Assembly: GCA_014384545.1 (NCBI GenBank) | Contig: JACNFQ010000089.1 | Location: forward strand, 5,603 to 69,602 | Direction: 5' to 3' | Length of the DNA: 64,000 nt | DNA from: a bacterium | Lineage (GTDB): Bacteria; UBP7; UBA6624 | Shown here: positions 1-8,522 of the stretch, piece after piece | How positions within the stretch are numbered: the first letter of the stretch is position 1 | Layout: the number at the start of each line of letters is the position of its first letter | Program-made: the position numbers and the translations under genes | Notes under the pieces: model-generated | Told to the model about the DNA's origin: nothing | Database searches by the model: none | Seen by the model: only the letters and a program-made list of their open reading frames with translations

Positions 1-16
1 CGAAGCGAAAGAGCGC

Positions 17-628
17 TTGGAAGAATTTGCTCACCACTGGCGACGCCTTTGGGAAGTCGCCGAACCGTGGGTCTCTGCGCCGGGTCCCCACGCCCTTCCC
101 CCCTCCAACGCTGATGATGAATCTCACTTCCTAAGGGAAAGAGAGTGGGTGGGGCGTCACCTATTACCTGTAGCGATGGATATCGGAGGCACGCCTGAAC
201 GTGCCGCGTCGGTAGCCCAAGGCATCCGAACCCTCCTAGATATGGCTGTCAGCCTACGCGATTTGGGTACAAAAGATGCGACACGCGGACATTTCCAAGC
301 CCAATGGAATCACACCCACAACCGTCTTTCTATCGCCCTTTCTCGCTATGAGCCTGGAGTTGACAAACGGCTTATTGCCCAACAAGAATCCACCCTTTAC
401 CCCTCAGGAAACCCTCCTAAGGGGATACTCCCAACAGGCGACAATCCCCTAAAGCGACTCCTTTTCGGTGTCGTTTGGGTCCTCTTTGCGTGGAAAATGC
501 TAGATTTGGCATATATCGCTTGGCGATTTGCTGTAGAGAGTTCCTGTGCCACCCTCGCCCAGCCAGGGACTGGGGATGCCGCAGACTGTCTCCCTGGATT
601 CGTCCCCTTCTTCCCGTGGCCGGGCTAG
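17..628 (+). CDS. hypothetical protein. The reading frame is open back to position 2, so this is probably the 3' part of a gene starting upstream of the window.
   Basis: Open frame with no stop from position 2. No recognisable motifs. High-GC antisense ORFs overlap it. Confidence 0.2.
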   Translation: MEEFAHHWRRLWEVAEPWVSAPGPHALPPSNADDESHFLREREWVGRHLLPVAMDIGGTPERAASVAQGIRTLLDMAVSLRDLGTKDATRGHFQAQWNHTHNRLSIALSRYEPGVDKRLIAQQESTLYPSGNPPKGILPTGDNPLKRLLFGVVWVLFAWKMLDLAYIAWRFAVESSCATLAQPGTGDAADCLPGFVPFFPWPG

Positions 629-1287
629 TCCCCGCCGAGCGCCTCGATTCGGCGTCTGTCGCCGCTGCTGCGGTGCGTGCAGCTCTACGGGGAGCCCCCT
701 TTTCAATCACCTCTCGCTACCCACCCATCTACAAGCATGTTGCTCACCTCCTTCACCTCTTGCCCCTCCGTATGAGGAACGCTGCAGTCGCATGGGGGGC
801 GTCATGGTCTGTGGGCACCACCTTTGAGTCCCTTCGGGAGATGGATGGCGACCTCTTGGCTCGGCACCTGCTCAAGGGGTGGCCGAAGAGACGTTTCTCT
901 GGGATCCACATGGGAAGCCCTGCAGGAGGCGCTGCTTCGTGGGCAGCTGTGGAGTGGTCCCCTTTTCTTCCAACAAGCGTTCTCTTTTCGTTGCAATGTC
1001 GCAAAGATCCCGACGACCTTGATGCCGTTATCTCAAGGGCAAAAGCCTGGGGGAAGGAGCTCGCCCCGCGACTCCCTGATTGGGAGCTCGTATGGCACCA
1101 CGACCCCATCCACGACCGTCTTTTGGTAAGGAATGTCCTCCACCTCAGGTGCCGTCTAAAGAGGCTTCCTGCCTCGTGGTCCGATTGGATACGATCACAC
1201 ATACCCCCTAGCTCCCCGGCTCTCCTCCACCATCTTCCCGGTTACATGTGGCCCCGTTGGGGGTTGGGAGAGGCGGGGTTTTTTTAG
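475..1287 (+). CDS. hypothetical protein. Same frame as the following ORF, separated only by a TAG at 1285-1287.
   Basis: 270-aa ORF with no recognisable domain. It ends at a TAG embedded in poly-G/poly-T runs. Confidence 0.25.
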   Translation: MGPLCVENARFGIYRLAICCREFLCHPRPARDWGCRRLSPWIRPLLPVAGLVPAERLDSASVAAAAVRAALRGAPFSITSRYPPIYKHVAHLLHLLPLRMRNAAVAWGASWSVGTTFESLREMDGDLLARHLLKGWPKRRFSGIHMGSPAGGAASWAAVEWSPFLPTSVLFSLQCRKDPDDLDAVISRAKAWGKELAPRLPDWELVWHHDPIHDRLLVRNVLHLRCRLKRLPASWSDWIRSHIPPSSPALLHHLPGYMWPRWGLGEAGFF

Positions 1288-1863
1288 GTGGGGGGGTTGG
1301 GGGGGATTGATCCTGAGGGTTTTCCCCAACCGGTAGGGTTTGAAGGTCCTTTCCCCGCCGTAGAGAGTGAAAGGGGGGGGGAGTCCACATTGGTCAAGGA
1401 GGTCTCGGAGGGACTTCCCCGTGTGGGCGTCAACCTCTCGGTCCACACCTATCCCACCGTGGAATCCCTCTCGATGGCTTCGTTTCGCAGGCAGGTTATG
1501 GAGCTCCGCCTACGAGGGGAGGTGCGGGAGGGGGTCGCTGCGGTTGATTCCTTCACCCATCAAGATCCCGGATCGTGGCACCGCCTGGGTATCCCTGTCT
1601 TATGGATGCCTTTCAACACCACGGATGCCTTGTCTTGGATCCCCTCGTTCTTGGAAGAACATTCCATCCGAAAGGTGTTTTGGACTGCTGTTCCCTCTTA
1701 TGACAACGCCTCCGATACCGTGACCTTTGAAGATTTGGAGGCTCTCTTCAAACCTTTTGGTGGTATCCCGGTAGGCCCCAACCCTTCCCAATGGCCCTCC
1801 GACCCCCTATGCCCCCTCCGGTACGATTCCCGAGATCTCTCCTCATTGGTAGGGGGAGGGTAG
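1288..1863 (+). CDS. hypothetical protein, possibly the continuation of the previous ORF
   Basis: 191-aa ORF starting at the GTG immediately after the in-frame TAG. No known motifs. Confidence 0.3.
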   Translation: MGGLGGIDPEGFPQPVGFEGPFPAVESERGGESTLVKEVSEGLPRVGVNLSVHTYPTVESLSMASFRRQVMELRLRGEVREGVAAVDSFTHQDPGSWHRLGIPVLWMPFNTTDALSWIPSFLEEHSIRKVFWTAVPSYDNASDTVTFEDLEALFKPFGGIPVGPNPSQWPSDPLCPLRYDSRDLSSLVGGG

Positions 1864-1891
1864 CGATTACCATATCCGTTTTACAGTATCT

Positions 1892-2707
1892 ATGCTTGCC
1901 CGTTTTTTTGTTTTCCTATTATCCCTTTCTCCGAGAATGAAGAAGGAGGGATGGTTGTGGTGGTACCAATCTCTTGCCAAGGGGCATAGAGAAGGAAACT
2001 GGCGGTATATGAACTATGGGTTCTCCGACCCAAATGCGCACCCTATTCCCCTTGAGGAAGAGGACGAAATAGATCGCCCATTGATTCAACTTTATCACCA
2101 CACAGCGACACAACACAACATTGAAGGGTTGCGGGTCTTGGAAGTTGGATGTGGGAGAGGTGGGGGTGCCTCATATGTCGCTCGCTACCTAAACCCATCT
2201 TCTGTTGTAGGGTTGGACCTTTCTCCCCAGGCGATTTCTCTTTGTGAGGATTTCCACCACCACATCTCCAACCTTTCCTTCGTCCAAGGTGATGCAGAGG
2301 ATCTCCCTTTTGATGATGCCTCTTTTGATGTCGTCCTGAATGTGGAGTCGTCCCATTGCTACCCCCATATGGACCGATTCCTTTCAGAGGTTCAACGCGT
2401 CCTTAGACCGGGTGGTCGATTCCTCTATTGTGACCTGCGCCTCAATGGAGCTTTGCCCCAGTTAGAGGAAGCGTTAGCCCGTATCAACCTTGAGTCTGTC
2501 CAACGGGAAGATATTACCCCCCACATTCTGAACGCCCTTGATGGTATCAACGAACGGAAAGAGGGAGCGATCACCTCCTATGTGCCCCCTTTCTTTAGGA
2601 ACGCTTTCCGTGCTTTCTCTGCGACAAAGGGAACTTTCGTCTATAAGGCGCTGACGGACGGTTCAGGAATCTACATTAGTTGTATGCTCCAAAAGAAAAA
2701 CCACTAG
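1892..2707 (+). CDS. class I SAM-dependent methyltransferase (Methyltransf_11-like)
   Basis: Motif I VLEVGCGRGGGA. The acidic post-I residue and LDLSP motif II are present, and the overall layout matches small-molecule/lipid methyltransferases. Confidence 0.8.
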   Translation: MLARFFVFLLSLSPRMKKEGWLWWYQSLAKGHREGNWRYMNYGFSDPNAHPIPLEEEDEIDRPLIQLYHHTATQHNIEGLRVLEVGCGRGGGASYVARYLNPSSVVGLDLSPQAISLCEDFHHHISNLSFVQGDAEDLPFDDASFDVVLNVESSHCYPHMDRFLSEVQRVLRPGGRFLYCDLRLNGALPQLEEALARINLESVQREDITPHILNALDGINERKEGAITSYVPPFFRNAFRAFSATKGTFVYKALTDGSGIYISCMLQKKNH

Positions 2708-2713
2708 GGGGTG

Positions 2714-3619
2714 TTAGAGGGAGACACTCTCAAGTGTAGAGAGATGAATCTCTACGACATCCCCCGTCTCTTTGGCATACCCCCCAGCTAGGACCACAGA
2801 TAGCGGAATCCCTCGCTGCTGACACCACGCACCCACTGAATCGTCCCGTGCCCTCAACCCCTTCTTTGAGAGCGCTAGCCCTCCCAGTTGGTCCTTCATA
2901 AAGGGATCCGCACCAGCCAGAAAGAGGACAAGGTCGGGACGGGGTTTCTTCTCTAACCACGTCAACGCCTTTCCCAGCGCCTCCAAGTAGGCGCTATCTT
3001 CCATTCCATCCGGTAGACCTATGTCCAAATCGCTGGGGGGTTTCCAAGCAGGGTAGTTGTTCTCTTGGTGGAGAGAGATTGTATGTACACGCTCTTCCTG
3101 GGCAAAGCAGACAGCCGTTCCATTACCCTGATGCACATCTAGGTCCAAGACCGCAGCCGTTGATACAGCGCCTTCGTGGAGGAGTTGTGCAAGGGAAATG
3201 GCAACATCATTCAAGATACAGAAACCCTCGCCATGGTCGGGGAATGCATGATGAAAACCCCCTCCAATGTGAAATCCCCATCCCTGCTTCAATGCATCAC
3301 GACAAGCAGACAGCGTGCCCGCAGCAGCCCCAAGAACGCCCCTGTAGACCTCTACGGAGCACGGCGCCTCAAACTCCCACACCCCCGCTTCAGGGTTCTT
3401 GAAATACCCCTTGATTCTCTCTAGATAGGTTGCCGAATGGACTCTCTCAACAGCACCCAAAGGGAGCGGTTGGGGATGGGTTATCTCAAGGGAAGGGAAG
3501 ACTGTATTGATGTGGTCAACACACCGTTGGTATTTCTCAACGGGGAAGATATGCTCCCCCCAGGGAAAAACTGATTGCTCCGCAAATCGAACCTTGCCCA
3601 TCCCCCTATTCTCATTCAC
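2714..3619 (-). CDS. histone deacetylase-family amidohydrolase (AcuC/acetylpolyamine amidohydrolase-like). The likely true start is the MGKV Met near 3601.
   Basis: GGGFHHAFPDHGEGFCILNDVAI and DLDVHQGNGT Zn-binding/active-site signatures of the arginase/HDAC fold. Confidence 0.8.
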   Translation of the reverse strand: MNENRGMGKVRFAEQSVFPWGEHIFPVEKYQRCVDHINTVFPSLEITHPQPLPLGAVERVHSATYLERIKGYFKNPEAGVWEFEAPCSVEVYRGVLGAAAGTLSACRDALKQGWGFHIGGGFHHAFPDHGEGFCILNDVAISLAQLLHEGAVSTAAVLDLDVHQGNGTAVCFAQEERVHTISLHQENNYPAWKPPSDLDIGLPDGMEDSAYLEALGKALTWLEKKPRPDLVLFLAGADPFMKDQLGGLALSKKGLRARDDSVGAWCQQRGIPLSVVLAGGYAKETGDVVEIHLSTLESVSL

Positions 3620-3621
3620 AC

Positions 3622-3651
3622 CTGTCTCAACACCGTCTCAATTGAATCAAC
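3622..3651 (+). promoter_or_regulatory. putative Pho box: three 11-bp-phased direct repeats (CTGTCTCA / CCGTCTCA / TTGAATCA) about 30 bp upstream of pstS
   Basis: Direct repeats at helical-turn spacing immediately upstream of pstS. The divergent phoB-family regulator gene lies in the same locus. Confidence 0.4.
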
Positions 3652-3680
3652 CACCATTCAAAGGGAATGAAGATACCCCT

Positions 3681-4538
3681 ATGAACAGAAAATTCTCTAT
3701 CAAACTCTTCCTAATGCCCGTCCTTCTTGTCACCTTTGTGACCAGTTGTGCCCGCCCTGTAAACGAAGAGAGTCAGATTCAAGTGACAGGTAGCGATACG
3801 ATGGTCAACCTAGGGCAAGCGTGGGCTGAGGCATACATGTTTGAAAGCCCCGAAACCTTCATTGCGGTCGGGGGGGGAGGCTCTGGGGTCGGTATCGCCG
3901 CCCTCATCAATGGCACAGCAGACTTAGCACACGCCAGCCGCTCCATGAAAGAAAAAGAGAGTGCCAAAGCGGAAGAAAACGGCATTCACCCACAAGAACA
4001 TATTGTGGGGTATGACGGGCTTGCTGTCGTCGTTCATCCCGACAATCCCGTAAACGAACTCACGCTTCTCCAATTGGCCAAGATATTCTCTGGAGAGATT
4101 ACAAACTGGAATGAACTGGGTGGTGAGGATTTGGGCATTGTGCTCCTAAGCCGGGAAGTGAACAGTGGAACCCACGTCTACTTCAAAGATAACGTCTTGG
4201 GTGTAGCAGAAGAGGGAACGGAGTTTTCTGAAAACGCCCTCCTTATGCCCTCCAGCCAATCGATCGCTGATGAGGTTGGCCAAAACACGGGTGCTATCGG
4301 CTACTACGGCATGGGGTACATTAGCCCCCAACAACGACCCGTGGCTGTGGGAACAAGTGAGGGATTTGTTTTGCCCACAGTGGCGAATGTCGTCAATAAG
4401 AGCTACCCCATCGCACGCCCCCTCTTCATCTATACGAATGGCGCCCCCGAAGGGACCATTCGTGCCTATATAGATTGGATTCTTTCCGAGAGTGGTCAAG
4501 CGGTCGTAACGGCTCAAGATTTCGTCCCGATTCTCTAG
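3681..4538 (+). CDS. pstS: phosphate ABC transporter substrate-binding lipoprotein PstS
   Basis: PstS-family sequence (TGSDTMVNLGQAWAEAY..GGGGSGVGIAALINGTADLAHASRSM). Signal peptide with lipobox VTSC. Start taken at the MNRKF Met. Confidence 0.9.
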   Translation: MNRKFSIKLFLMPVLLVTFVTSCARPVNEESQIQVTGSDTMVNLGQAWAEAYMFESPETFIAVGGGGSGVGIAALINGTADLAHASRSMKEKESAKAEENGIHPQEHIVGYDGLAVVVHPDNPVNELTLLQLAKIFSGEITNWNELGGEDLGIVLLSREVNSGTHVYFKDNVLGVAEEGTEFSENALLMPSSQSIADEVGQNTGAIGYYGMGYISPQQRPVAVGTSEGFVLPTVANVVNKSYPIARPLFIYTNGAPEGTIRAYIDWILSESGQAVVTAQDFVPIL

Positions 4539-4563
4539 CCACGCCCTAGACTAGACTCCCTCT

Positions 4564-5496
4564 TTGAACCCTTCTGTAAAGCGATCACCTCCCCGGGGGA
4601 AAGGACCAAGGGTCACGCTGCGGGCTACCTATAGAAAGCCGTGGTCAGAGCGTTTGTTAGAAGGAGGTGTACACCTCGCCGCGTGGTTGTGTATCCTCTT
4701 TGTGGTGCTGATTCTCTTCTTCCTTGCTAGAGAGAGTGGGGGGTTGGTCTTTAAAGATGTTTTTCAAGTAGTAGGGAGGTATTGGCGCCCCATAAGCGAG
4801 CCCCCCCAATTTGGGGTTCTACCTCTTCTTGCTGGCTCCCTCTTAGTGACCCTAACAGCGACCGCAATTGCTGTGCCTTTAGGTGTGGGTGCCGCAATCT
4901 ACATTGGCGAGTTTGCCCCTCCTCAAGTAAGAGAGATATTGAAAGTCTCCGTGGAGTTTCTTGCCGCGATACCGAGCGTCGTTATCGGTTTCTTGGGGAT
5001 GATTGTCCTTGCCCCCCTCGTAAAGTCCCTCTTCAACCTGCCCACGGGGCTTACCGCTCTCTCTGCCAGCCTGATGTTGGCTTGGATGGCGATGCCCACG
5101 ATCGTTTCGCTGACCGAAGATGCCCTTAGAAGTGTCCCCGATACGTTGCGCCATGGTGCTTACGCCCTGGGGGCTACACGATGGCAGACGATTAGGCGCG
5201 TCCTCTTACCCGCTGCGAAGCCCGGTATCTTGGCGGCAACGATGTTAGGTGTAGGACGGGTCATTGGTGAGACGATGGCTGTCTTGATGATTAGTGGCAA
5301 TGCTGCACGCATACCTCACTCGGTGCTAGAGCCGATTCGCACACTCACAGCGACCATCGCCGCCGAAATGGGGGAAACCGTTCAAGGAAGCGACCATTAC
5401 CAAGCTCTCTTCTCCTTGGGGCTTGTGCTCTTTGGCATCACTCTCGTTGTAAACACCATTGCCGACCGCCTTGTGCATCGGGGAGAGACATCTTGA
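4564..5496 (+). CDS. pstC: phosphate ABC transporter permease PstC
   Basis: Six-TM permease with the EAA-like loop and typical PstC N-terminus. It sits directly downstream of pstS. Confidence 0.9.
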   Translation: MNPSVKRSPPRGKGPRVTLRATYRKPWSERLLEGGVHLAAWLCILFVVLILFFLARESGGLVFKDVFQVVGRYWRPISEPPQFGVLPLLAGSLLVTLTATAIAVPLGVGAAIYIGEFAPPQVREILKVSVEFLAAIPSVVIGFLGMIVLAPLVKSLFNLPTGLTALSASLMLAWMAMPTIVSLTEDALRSVPDTLRHGAYALGATRWQTIRRVLLPAAKPGILAATMLGVGRVIGETMAVLMISGNAARIPHSVLEPIRTLTATIAAEMGETVQGSDHYQALFSLGLVLFGITLVVNTIADRLVHRGETS

Positions 5497-6347
5497 GAAG
5501 GCAAGACCCCCTTGCACAAGAACGGCGCGCTCGCTTGGGGTTGCTCCTTGTAACGATTCTTGTTATCGTTCCTGTCGCACTTATTGTGGGCACTGTGATT
5601 GTGAAAGGAATCGGTGCTGTAGATTGGGAATTCCTCTCTACAGCCCCACGCAATGGACTTCGAGAAGGGGGCATTCTCCCAGCGATCGTGGGCACCCTAG
5701 TCTTGGTTGCGGGTGCCGTGTTATGGAGCGTTCCTTTTGGTGTTGCGACGGCGATCTATTTGGTGGAGTATGCACCCCGTAGCCAGATTGCCCGTTGGGT
5801 TCGCCTTGCGATCCTTAACTTAGCCGGAATTCCTAGTGTGGTCTATGGTCTATTTGGGTTGGGTATCTTCGTCATTGGGCTTAAGTTAGGCGTAAGCATC
5901 TTGGCGGGCACCTTAACTCTAGCTCTGATGAACCTTCCTGTGATTGTGACAAGCACAGCGGAATCCCTCAAAGCCGTTCCGGACCGGTTCCGGGTAGCAA
6001 GTTTGGCGTTGGGTGCAAGTCGTTGGCAAACGGTTCGCCACATCGTTCTTCCCAACTCTCTCCAGGGCATCCTGACGGGTATCATTCTTGAAACAAGCCG
6101 TGCTGCTGGTGAAACCGCCCCTATTCTCTTTACCGTTGCCGCTTTCTATCTTCCCCGATTGCCCCGCACTATCTACGACCAAGTCATGGCTTTGCCGATG
6201 CACCTTTATGCCATTAGCACCCAAGTGCCCAATATTGGGATGGATGTTCGGTATGGGGTCGCTCTTGTCCTGTTGGGGCTCGTTTTGGGGGTGAATGCGA
6301 TTGCGATTGCTGTCCGTTCTCGCATGAGGAGGAATCGCATATGGTAA
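5493..6347 (+). CDS. pstA: phosphate ABC transporter permease PstA
   Basis: PstA-family permease. Its start overlaps the pstC stop by 4 nt. Confidence 0.9.
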   Translation: MRRQDPLAQERRARLGLLLVTILVIVPVALIVGTVIVKGIGAVDWEFLSTAPRNGLREGGILPAIVGTLVLVAGAVLWSVPFGVATAIYLVEYAPRSQIARWVRLAILNLAGIPSVVYGLFGLGIFVIGLKLGVSILAGTLTLALMNLPVIVTSTAESLKAVPDRFRVASLALGASRWQTVRHIVLPNSLQGILTGIILETSRAAGETAPILFTVAAFYLPRLPRTIYDQVMALPMHLYAISTQVPNIGMDVRYGVALVLLGLVLGVNAIAIAVRSRMRRNRIW

Positions 6348-7105
6348 TGCCCACCACAGATGCACTTTCCATCCAAAACCTCTCTGTCAACTTTGGGAAT
6401 AAGACGGCACTTAGAGATATCTCTTTAGATATCCACAAAGGAGAACTTTTAGGCATCATTGGTCCAACAACCTCTGGAAAAACGACTTTCTTGACGGTGC
6501 TAAACCGGATGATTGACACGTTGCCCGATGCGAAAGTCCGTGGGCGTATTCGCATGGGAGACTTGAATCTGTTGGCTACGCAACAGGTTCAGTCTGTTCG
6601 GCGTCGTGTAGGGATGATCTTTGCTCTTCCCGTTGCCCTCCCCTTGACGATTCGAGGGAATGTGGAGTATGGACCTCGCCGTTCAGGGGTTCGAGATCCA
6701 GGCATCCTGGATGTTCTCGTTGAAGATAGCCTCAAAGCAGCGGGTCTTTGGGAAGAGGTAGAGACCCGCTTGGACAGCCCTGCCCTCAAGCTCTCTGGCG
6801 GGCAACAACAACGGCTCTGTATCGCTCGTGCCCTTGCCCTCAAGCCCGAAGTTCTCCTTTTGGATGAACCTTGCTCGGGGCTAGACCCCCTCTCAACAGC
6901 TCGTGTGGAAGACACATTGATTGCCCTTCGGGGAGATGTCACCATTGTCCTCGTTACGAACAACCCCTACCAAGCTTCTCGTGTCGCTGATAGAACGGCC
7001 TTTTTCTTGGGTGGCGAACTCGTTGAGTTGAACGATACCAAAGCTCTCTTTACGCTTCCGAAAGATGAGCGGACTCAAGCGTATATTGAGGGGAAGTTCG
7101 GGTAA
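6341..7105 (+). CDS. pstB: phosphate ABC transporter ATP-binding protein, copy 1, with a degenerate H-loop
   Basis: Walker A GPTTSGKTT, signature LSGGQQQR and Walker B LLLDEP are present. The H-loop position reads VTNNPYQ, with Asn in place of the conserved His. Confidence 0.85.
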   Translation: MVMPTTDALSIQNLSVNFGNKTALRDISLDIHKGELLGIIGPTTSGKTTFLTVLNRMIDTLPDAKVRGRIRMGDLNLLATQQVQSVRRRVGMIFALPVALPLTIRGNVEYGPRRSGVRDPGILDVLVEDSLKAAGLWEEVETRLDSPALKLSGGQQQRLCIARALALKPEVLLLDEPCSGLDPLSTARVEDTLIALRGDVTIVLVTNNPYQASRVADRTAFFLGGELVELNDTKALFTLPKDERTQAYIEGKFG

Positions 7106-7863
7106 TGGAACCGATTGTTCAAGCCCGAGATTTTTCGTTGTGGTATGGGGATTTTCAAGCACTTATTGATGTCAACCTCTCCGTGCCTCCCCAGCGAGTA
7201 ACCGCCATTATCGGTCCTTCTGGATGTGGCAAGAGCACCTTTCTCCGCTCCGTCAATCGCCTCAACGATGCGATACCTGGAGTTACCACCTCGGGCTCGT
7301 TGTCTGTAGGTAAGACGAAGATCTACGAGCCCTCGACCGAGATTGTGGGTCTCAGAAGAGAGGTAGGAATCGTCTTCCAACGCCCCAACCCTTTTCCTCT
7401 CTCTGTTTACGACAATGTCGCGTTTGGTCTCCAAACAGGTGCGGATGTACCTGACAGAGATGAGACCTCTCAACGGGTGGTAGATGCACTAGAAGAGGTC
7501 GGTTTGATGGAGGACCTAGGTGGAGACTTAGAGAAGAAGGGGACCTCTCTTTCGTTGGAGCAACAACAACGTCTCTGTATTGCCCGATGTCTCCCCACCC
7601 AACCGGAAGTCCTCTTGATGGACGAACCCTGTTCCGCTCTAGACCCCGAAGATACCGAGAGGGTTGAACGTCTTATCCGCAAACTGAAGAAGACCGTTAC
7701 CGTTGTGATTGTGACCCACAATCTCCAACAGGCAGGACGCATTTCCGACATCTGCTCCCTTTTCCACTTGGGACGCGTCGTTGAAACATCTAAGACAAGA
7801 GAGATTTTTCACAATCCACAAGAGAAACTTACACGAGATTTTATTACAGGAAGATATGGTTAG
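7105..7863 (+). CDS. pstB: phosphate ABC transporter ATP-binding protein, copy 2 (canonical)
   Basis: GPSGCGKST, LSLEQQQRLCIAR, LLMDEP and a canonical H-loop IVTHNLQQA. Confidence 0.9.
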   Translation: MEPIVQARDFSLWYGDFQALIDVNLSVPPQRVTAIIGPSGCGKSTFLRSVNRLNDAIPGVTTSGSLSVGKTKIYEPSTEIVGLRREVGIVFQRPNPFPLSVYDNVAFGLQTGADVPDRDETSQRVVDALEEVGLMEDLGGDLEKKGTSLSLEQQQRLCIARCLPTQPEVLLMDEPCSALDPEDTERVERLIRKLKKTVTVVIVTHNLQQAGRISDICSLFHLGRVVETSKTREIFHNPQEKLTRDFITGRYG

Positions 7864-7871
7864 GAGGAACG

Positions 7872-8522
7872 ATGAGTAAGAGACTAACACGCGTGATTAC
7901 ACGCATCAAGGAGAAGACCCTTTCTTATGGTCGGATGTCCCAAGAAGCAATGGAGAAAGCACTCCTTGCCCTATTGGATGGAGATCCATTAGCCTATGAG
8001 ACGATTCGCCAAGATGAGGTAGAACTTGATGCGATTGAGGTAGAGATTGAAGAATCTATCTTGGGTGCGATTGCCCTCCATCAACCCGTTGCCGATGATC
8101 TGCGCCTCCTTGCCGCTCTCCTCAAGATTACGAACGACCTTGAGAGGATTGGTGATTATGCGGTCAAGGTTGCTAAACGTGCCCAGTCCATCGACCCCCT
8201 CCTTCTAGCAACGATTCGACCCCACTTTGAAGAGTTGGGCGACCGGAGTATCCAGATGCTCAAGGACGCTCTCCTCGCTCTATCGGCGGGAGATGGTGCA
8301 TTAGCCCAGAGAGTTCGCGATGCCGACGACGAAGTTGATGACCTGAATAAGGACATTATCCAGAATCTATTGGAAGCGGGGGACGAGGATGTGTCCAGTG
8401 TCGTCTATCTCATCTCGGTCTCTCGCCGCTTTGAGCGTGCCGCCGATCACGCCACCAATATCGCTGAAGATGTGCTCTATTGGTTAGAAGGCCGCATCAT
8501 GCGTCACGGCGAGAGTTCCTAG
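7872..8522 (+). CDS. phoU: phosphate signalling complex protein PhoU
   Basis: Duplicated PhoU helical repeats (DxxxD motifs; ITNDLERIGDYA, RRFERAADHATNIAE). Confidence 0.9.
   Translation: MSKRLTRVITRIKEKTLSYGRMSQEAMEKALLALLDGDPLAYETIRQDEVELDAIEVEIEESILGAIALHQPVADDLRLLAALLKITNDLERIGDYAVKVAKRAQSIDPLLLATIRPHFEELGDRSIQMLKDALLALSAGDGALAQRVRDADDEVDDLNKDIIQNLLEAGDEDVSSVVYLISVSRRFERAADHATNIAEDVLYWLEGRIMRHGESS

Noticed and set aside
417-7890. Numerous 60-150-aa ORFs antisense to or overlapping the pst, phoU and other genes (e.g. 417-710, 6214-6555, 6589-6963, 7470-7751)
   Set aside because: High-GC genomes generate long spurious antisense ORFs. Each overlaps a gene with strong family motifs and has no motif of its own.
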